A stretch of DNA of 48,328 bases from Acidimicrobiales bacterium (GTDB lineage Bacteria > Actinomycetota > Acidimicrobiia > Acidimicrobiales > CADCTF01), in contig DATAKR010000058.1 of assembly GCA_036261495.1 (NCBI GenBank), positions 1 to 48,328 of the forward strand, in the 5' to 3' direction. The notes under the pieces were generated by a model that worked only from the letters and a program-made list of their open reading frames with translations, was not told the DNA's origin and made no database searches. The translations under genes were made by a program, and so were the position numbers. Below, piece after piece: positions 44,020 through 48,328 of this stretch. How positions within the stretch are numbered: the stretch's first letter is position 1; every line of letters starts with the position of its first letter.

Positions 44020-44628
44020 TCAGGCGGCGACGAGCGCGCTGACGAGGCCCGAGATCTGATCGCGGTCGACGTCATCGATCTCGAGGAACACGAGCCGGTA
44101 CTCGAACCCGTCGTCGACCGTCTCGCTCTGCAACACCGCGGCCAGTGCGACGACGGTGCCGCCGTTGGGGAGCGTAAGCGTGACCGTCGGGTCGCACCCG
44201 CCGGGGAACGCCTTCCGGGTGCGCACCCGGCATCCTCCCTGGCCGAGGTCGACGGTGTCGCCGATCACCGACACGAACGCGCCGGGGTCGTCGAAGTTCG
44301 AGAGCGTGGCCGGGAGCACGACCCGGGCCCGAGGTGTCGCGCGTCGCTGCACCCGTTCGATGCGATGCACGGTGAGATCGACGATCTTGGCGCGCCCGTC
44401 GTGGGGCGACGCGGTCGCGTTGACGCGGTAGAGGGCGTCGGGCGCGAAGAAGCTGGCGACCACCTCGACGGCGTCACCCGGCGGCTGCGGGGAGGCGCCG
44501 AGGTCGATGACGACGGCATCGTCGTCGTCGTCGCCGCCGACGACGACACCGGTGAGGCAGTCGCGACTCCCGTCGGCGAGCTCGATCAGCGCGAGCTGGC
44601 CGGCGACGGGCCTCCATGCGAACGGCAT
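44020..44628 (-). CDS. PilZ-domain protein (probable c-di-GMP receptor)
   Basis: QRRATPR (RxxxR motif) and DLGQGGCRV (D/NxSxxG-like motif). Start MPFAWRPV at 44628. Confidence 0.65.
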   Translation of the reverse strand: MPFAWRPVAGQLALIELADGSRDCLTGVVVGGDDDDDAVVIDLGASPQPPGDAVEVVASFFAPDALYRVNATASPHDGRAKIVDLTVHRIERVQRRATPRARVVLPATLSNFDDPGAFVSVIGDTVDLGQGGCRVRTRKAFPGGCDPTVTLTLPNGGTVVALAAVLQSETVDDGFEYRLVFLEIDDVDRDQISGLVSALVAA

Positions 44629-44815
44629 CGCTTCCACCCCCCTCGGTGTGTCGCGCGAAGTATCGGCCGAATGGGCGCTCCTCGCAGCCTCCGGGCCGCG
44701 AAATGACACGTACGGACCATGAGTGGATAGCACGGCGGCACCAGCCGAGCCCCGAGGGGCGCCATGGCGGCCCGACGTTTGGCCTCGCGATCCCGGCGTT
44801 GCCTACCGTTCGGCC

Positions 44816-45343
44816 ATGACCGTGTACGACCGTCCCTTCGGGCGCTACTACGAGGACTTCGAGCCGGGCGACATCTACAAGCACTGGCCGGGCAAGACCA
44901 TCACCGAGTACGACGATCACCTGTTCTGCATGATGACGATGAACCACCACCCGCTGCACACCAACGAGTGGTTCGCCGAGAACGAGACGCCGCAGGGTCG
45001 CAACGTCGTGGTGGGCAACCTCGTCTACTCGCTCGTGCTCGGCATGAGCGTGCCCGACGTGAGCGGCTCGTGCATCGCCAACCTCGAGGTCGAGTCGCTG
45101 AAGCACGCGAAGCCGACGTACCACGGCGACACGATCTACGCCGAGACCCGGGTGCTCGACAAGGTCGAGTCGAAGTCGCGCCCCGATCGGGGTGTCGTCA
45201 CCGTCGAGACGAAGGGCTTCAACCAGCGCGGCGAAGAGGTGTGCTACTTCCGGCGCAAGCTCATGGTGTGGAAGAAGGACGCCGCGCCGGCGCGGCAGCG
45301 CCCCTACGGCGACGACGTCTGGCCCGATCCGATCGGGACCTAG
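44816..45343 (+). CDS. MaoC-family enoyl-CoA hydratase (Rv2499c/mesaconyl- or itaconyl-CoA hydratase-like small type)
   Basis: MTVYDRPFGRYYEDFEPGDIYKHWPGKTITEYDDHLFCMMTMNHHPLHTNEWF... Start ATG 44816. Confidence 0.8.
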   Translation: MTVYDRPFGRYYEDFEPGDIYKHWPGKTITEYDDHLFCMMTMNHHPLHTNEWFAENETPQGRNVVVGNLVYSLVLGMSVPDVSGSCIANLEVESLKHAKPTYHGDTIYAETRVLDKVESKSRPDRGVVTVETKGFNQRGEEVCYFRRKLMVWKKDAAPARQRPYGDDVWPDPIGT

Positions 45344-45350
45344 CGGTCGC

Positions 45351-46133
45351 TTGACCGACGACGCGCACGTGCACCAGGCGGCGGCGACGGGGTTCGAGCG
45401 GGGCGCGACCGAGTACGACCTGGGCCGGCCCGGCTACCCCGGCGACGTGCTCCGACTCCTTCGCGATGACATCGGCGTCGGGCCGGGCGTCGTCGTCGTC
45501 GACGTCGGGGCCGGCACCGGCAAGTTCACGCGGCTGCTGGTGTCGACGGGCGCCGACGTGATCGCGGTCGAGCCCGTCGCCTCGATGCGCGTGGTCCTCC
45601 AGATGACGCTCCCCGACGTCCCGGTGCACAGCGGCACCGCCGAGCGCCTGCCCATCGACGACGAGTCGGTCGACGTCGTCGCCGCGGCCCAGGCGTTCCA
45701 CTGGTTCGAGGCCGGCGCCGCGCTGGCCGAGGCCCATCGGGTGCTCCGCCCCGGCGGCGCGCTCGTGCTCGTCGGGAACAAGCGGGACGATCGCCACGAC
45801 TGGGTGCGCGACCTCGAGGAGGTCCACCTCGAGCTGGCGGGGGACGCCCCCCGCTACCTGCGCGCCGGGGTGCCGTGGGTGCGGACGATCGCCGAGTCCG
45901 GCGGGTTCGACGCCGTGGAGCACCTCACGTTCGACAACCCGGTCCGCGTCGACGTCCCCACCTTCCGAGCACGGGAGTCGTCGATCAGCTACATCTCCGC
46001 GCTGCCGGATGCCGAGCGCGAGGAGGTGCTCGATCGCGTCGAGCGGATCGTCCGCTCGGGACCGATGGCGGCGGGCGGCGAGACCTTCGTCGAGCCCTAC
46101 CTGACGGACGTGTACTGGTGCCGGCGCCGCTGA
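45351..46133 (+). CDS. class I SAM-dependent methyltransferase (type 11)
   Basis: VVDVGAGTGKFT, AAQAFHWF, LRPGGALVLV. TTG start 45351, which is uncertain. Confidence 0.75.
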   Translation: MTDDAHVHQAAATGFERGATEYDLGRPGYPGDVLRLLRDDIGVGPGVVVVDVGAGTGKFTRLLVSTGADVIAVEPVASMRVVLQMTLPDVPVHSGTAERLPIDDESVDVVAAAQAFHWFEAGAALAEAHRVLRPGGALVLVGNKRDDRHDWVRDLEEVHLELAGDAPRYLRAGVPWVRTIAESGGFDAVEHLTFDNPVRVDVPTFRARESSISYISALPDAEREEVLDRVERIVRSGPMAAGGETFVEPYLTDVYWCRRR

Positions 46134-47020
46134 GACCACCGCTCGCGCCGGCACGCACGCCGTTCCAGCGAGCGCTGCTCTCGTGGTGGGACGCGAACCG
46201 CCGCGATCTGCCGTGGCGGGCGACGCGCGATCCCTGGGCGGTGCTCGTCAGCGAGCTCATGCTCCAGCAGACGCAGGTCGCGCGGGTGGTGCCGAAGTTC
46301 CAGGCGTTCCTCGCGATGTTCCCCACTCCCGGCGACTGCGCCGGCGCGCCGGTCGGCGACGTGGTGAGGATGTGGCAGGGCCTCGGCTACAACCGCCGCG
46401 CCGTGAACCTCCACCGTGCCGCCCAGGCGTGCGTGGCGCACCACGGTGGACAGCTGCCGGCGACACTGCAGGAGCTGCTCGACCTGCCCGGCGTCGGGCC
46501 CTACACCGCCCGAGCGGTGCTCGCGTTCGCGCACGAGCGCGACGTGGGTGTTGTCGACACCAACGTGGCGCGGGTGCTCTCGCGCATCCGGGACGCACGG
46601 CTCGCGAGCCCGGGCGAAGCCCAGGCGGTCGCCGACGCGCACGTGCCGGCCGGCGCCGGCTGGTCGTGGAACCAGGCGCTGTTCGACCTGGGCGCCACCG
46701 TCTGCGTCAAGCGCTCGCCCGCGTGCGGGCGCTGCCCGGTCGAAGCCGGGTGCGGCTGGGCCCGCCGGGGCCGGCCGTCGCCCGATCCCGCGGACGGGAG
46801 CGCCGGCGCCTCGCGTCCTCAACCGCCGCTCGCCGGCTCCGATCGCGAGGGCCGCGGTCGCCTCGTCGACGCCCTCCGCCGAGGTCCGGTCGCGGCCGGC
46901 GACGAGGCGCGGGCTGCCGGCTGGCCGGCCGACCCGGCACGCGCCTCGCGGATCGCCGGCGGCCTCGTCGCCGACGGGCTCGCGGTGCGCGCCGGCGACG
47001 GCTCGCTACGGCTGCCCTGA
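46118..47020 (+). CDS. mutY: HhH-GPD adenine DNA glycosylase (MutY-like, short form)
   Basis: LPWRATRDPWAVLVSELMLQQTQV, LGYNRRA, LPGVGPYTARAV, VVDTNVARV, and the Fe-S loop CVKRSPACGRCPVEAGC. GTG start 46118 overlaps the upstream gene. Confidence 0.75.
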   Translation: MPAPLRPPLAPARTPFQRALLSWWDANRRDLPWRATRDPWAVLVSELMLQQTQVARVVPKFQAFLAMFPTPGDCAGAPVGDVVRMWQGLGYNRRAVNLHRAAQACVAHHGGQLPATLQELLDLPGVGPYTARAVLAFAHERDVGVVDTNVARVLSRIRDARLASPGEAQAVADAHVPAGAGWSWNQALFDLGATVCVKRSPACGRCPVEAGCGWARRGRPSPDPADGSAGASRPQPPLAGSDREGRGRLVDALRRGPVAAGDEARAAGWPADPARASRIAGGLVADGLAVRAGDGSLRLP

Positions 47021-47527
47021 CGTCAGGGCCGCGAGCACTGCGTCGACCGCGTCGTCGGCCAGCCGGTGCATCTCGTCGTCGGTGCGGTCCTGGATCGGGT
47101 GCGGCACGAAGACGCGCCGCACGTCGAGGCCGAGCGAGTGCACCTGCGCGTCGGCGGCCGCCACGAACTCGGAGGACGCGACGAACACGCCCGGGACGCG
47201 GCGACCCTCGAGATCGACGATGTCGTGCACACTGCACGACGTGCACGAGCCTCAGTCGGCGAGCGCCTCGATCACGACGTCGCAGCTCACCGAGATCTCG
47301 TGGCGAAGATCGACCGGCGCCGGCTTCGTGAAGGTCGGCTTCCGGTAGCGGCGGACCTCGAGGCCGCGCTCGCGCAGCCGCTCCTCGAGCCGGTCGAGGA
47401 ACACGTCGCCGCGGGGCTTGGAGATGTCGAGGAGACCGACGACCTTGCCCTCGAGCGATGCCGGCCTTGCGGTCAAGGGCCGCGCCACCGGTGCCCGTTC
47501 GCCCGTCGGATCGAGAAGGATGCTCAC
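47006..47527 (-). CDS. UGSC-motif protein with in-frame TGA at 47252..47254: candidate selenoprotein
   Basis: GTG 47527, 7 nt after GGGAGG, opens VSILLDPTGERAPV...SCDVVIEALAD-TGA-GSCTSCSVHDIVDLEGRR...TSGQP. This joins the tail of track ORF 47252..48286 to ORF 47006..47230 in one frame. An 8-bp stem hairpin starts 3 nt after the TGA. Confidence 0.65.
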
Positions 47528-48328
47528 GCTCGTACCTCCCGTGTGACGGGCTGGCTGCCCGCGGGGCCGTTCACCCACCCACCGATGATGGCCGAGAACA
47601 TGCCGGCCGTGCCGCCGGCGTGCACGACGAGGAGGCCGTCGGGCCGGAACTTGGGCAGCACGGCGTTGCGCACCTGCTCGGGCGCGCCCTCGGCGATGCC
47701 GCCCGCCCCCTTCACGATCTCCTCGCCGGGCAGCTGCAGCAGGGCGTGGAGCTCGGCGACGAGACGCTCTCGGCTCCAGCCGTCGGCGCGGAACGTCCGC
47801 GCGTGCTCGGGTGACACCACCACGACCGCGTCGAACCCGAGTGGGAGCTTCGGGTGGGCGACGGTGCGCAGGCACGCCGCGAAGGAGCGGGCGAGCGAGT
47901 CGGCGGTGCGCGACGCCTGGTCGATCACGCCCCGCACGCCTTCGCCGGCGAACAGCGTGACTGCCGACGTGCCGGGTGCGATGCCGCGGCTCACCGCCAG
48001 CGGCTCCCAGGGCGACGAGTCCTCGCTCTCGGCGAAGCAGAACGTGTACTTGCCCGGGTTGCCGAGCGTCGCCCGGTCGACCTCGCCCGGCCGCCCGCCA
48101 CCGACGTTGCGGATCACGAGCTGGAGCGCCCGCCCGATCGTCGCGTTGGCGCGGTTGCCCTGCCCGAGCGCGTTGATGCCGGAGTTCATCCCGATGGCCT
48201 TGGTGATGGGGCCGTTCACGATCACCATCGGCCCCGAGAAGTAGGTGGTCGCCAGAAGGCCGTGGATGTTGAACTGGTCGGTGCACGCGGCCTCGACGGC
48301 CGCGAGCACCACCGGCAGGTACTCGGGC
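47524..48328 (-). CDS. uncharacterised conserved-looking protein, 5' end beyond the window; GTGA-coupled to the UGSC gene
   Basis: Open to the right edge: ...PEYLPVVLAAVEAACTDQFNIHGLLATTYFSGPMVIVNGPITKAIGMNSGINALGQGNRANATIGRALQLVIRNVGGGRPGEVD... Family not recognised. Confidence 0.6.
   Translation of the reverse strand, partial: PEYLPVVLAAVEAACTDQFNIHGLLATTYFSGPMVIVNGPITKAIGMNSGINALGQGNRANATIGRALQLVIRNVGGGRPGEVDRATLGNPGKYTFCFAESEDSSPWEPLAVSRGIAPGTSAVTLFAGEGVRGVIDQASRTADSLARSFAACLRTVAHPKLPLGFDAVVVVSPEHARTFRADGWSRERLVAELHALLQLPGEEIVKGAGGIAEGAPEQVRNAVLPKFRPDGLLVVHAGGTAGMFSAIIGGWVNGPAGSQPVTREVRA

Noticed and set aside
1-48328. Mobile elements, prophage, defence islands, tRNA/rRNA and CRISPR.
   Set aside because: No integrase, transposase, recombinase, terminal inverted repeats, cloverleaf-like RNA genes or spacer arrays were seen. 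Composition looks uniform apart from short AT-rich operator islands.

Overview
Very GC-rich, gene-dense chromosomal segment of an Actinomycetota-type genome, with about 50 CDS, short intergenic spacers and many overlapping stop/start junctions. I saw no rRNA, tRNA, CRISPR array, transposase, integrase or phage genes. Most long Arg/Pro/Gly-rich ORFs in the six-frame track are shadow frames and were ignored. Several real starts are internal or GTG/TTG starts.

Gene content, left to right:
- Two divergent citrate-synthase paralogs carrying regulatory N-terminal domains (CBS pair; HTH), separated by an AT-rich triple-palindrome operator.
- A LiaF/LiaS/LiaR-like envelope-stress module next to HelD.
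- A P450 and a LigD phosphoesterase fused to a catalytically degenerate ligase domain.
- An unknown protein plus an LLM-type flavin/F420 oxidoreductase.
- Housekeeping genes: fumC, map, qor-like and an NlpC/P60 peptidase.
- An OmpR regulator, a SigB/F-type sigma factor and a convergent histidine kinase.
- An acyl-CoA cluster: FadD, orphan NuoF-like flavoprotein, malyl-CoA-lyase-like, CitE-like, ferredoxin, Mcd-like long acyl-CoA dehydrogenase, a second ACAD and a MaoC hydratase.
- A PAS-GGDEF-EAL protein with a PilZ protein.
- A MutY-like glycosylase.

The most interesting signal is two genes that the ORF track splits at in-frame TGA codons lying exactly at redox-motif positions. One reads D-U-G-S-C at 47252..47254. 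The other is a peroxiredoxin-like A-U-L-P-C-R at 40953..40955. Each TGA is followed at once by a hairpin, so both are candidate selenoproteins. The UGSC one is translationally coupled to an uncharacterised upstream gene that is cut by the window edge.

Other non-coding structure: a roughly 48-bp palindromic element in two copies, several perfect intergenic tandem duplications, a G-quadruplex-type tract, and two head-to-head gene pairs that share a CATG start.
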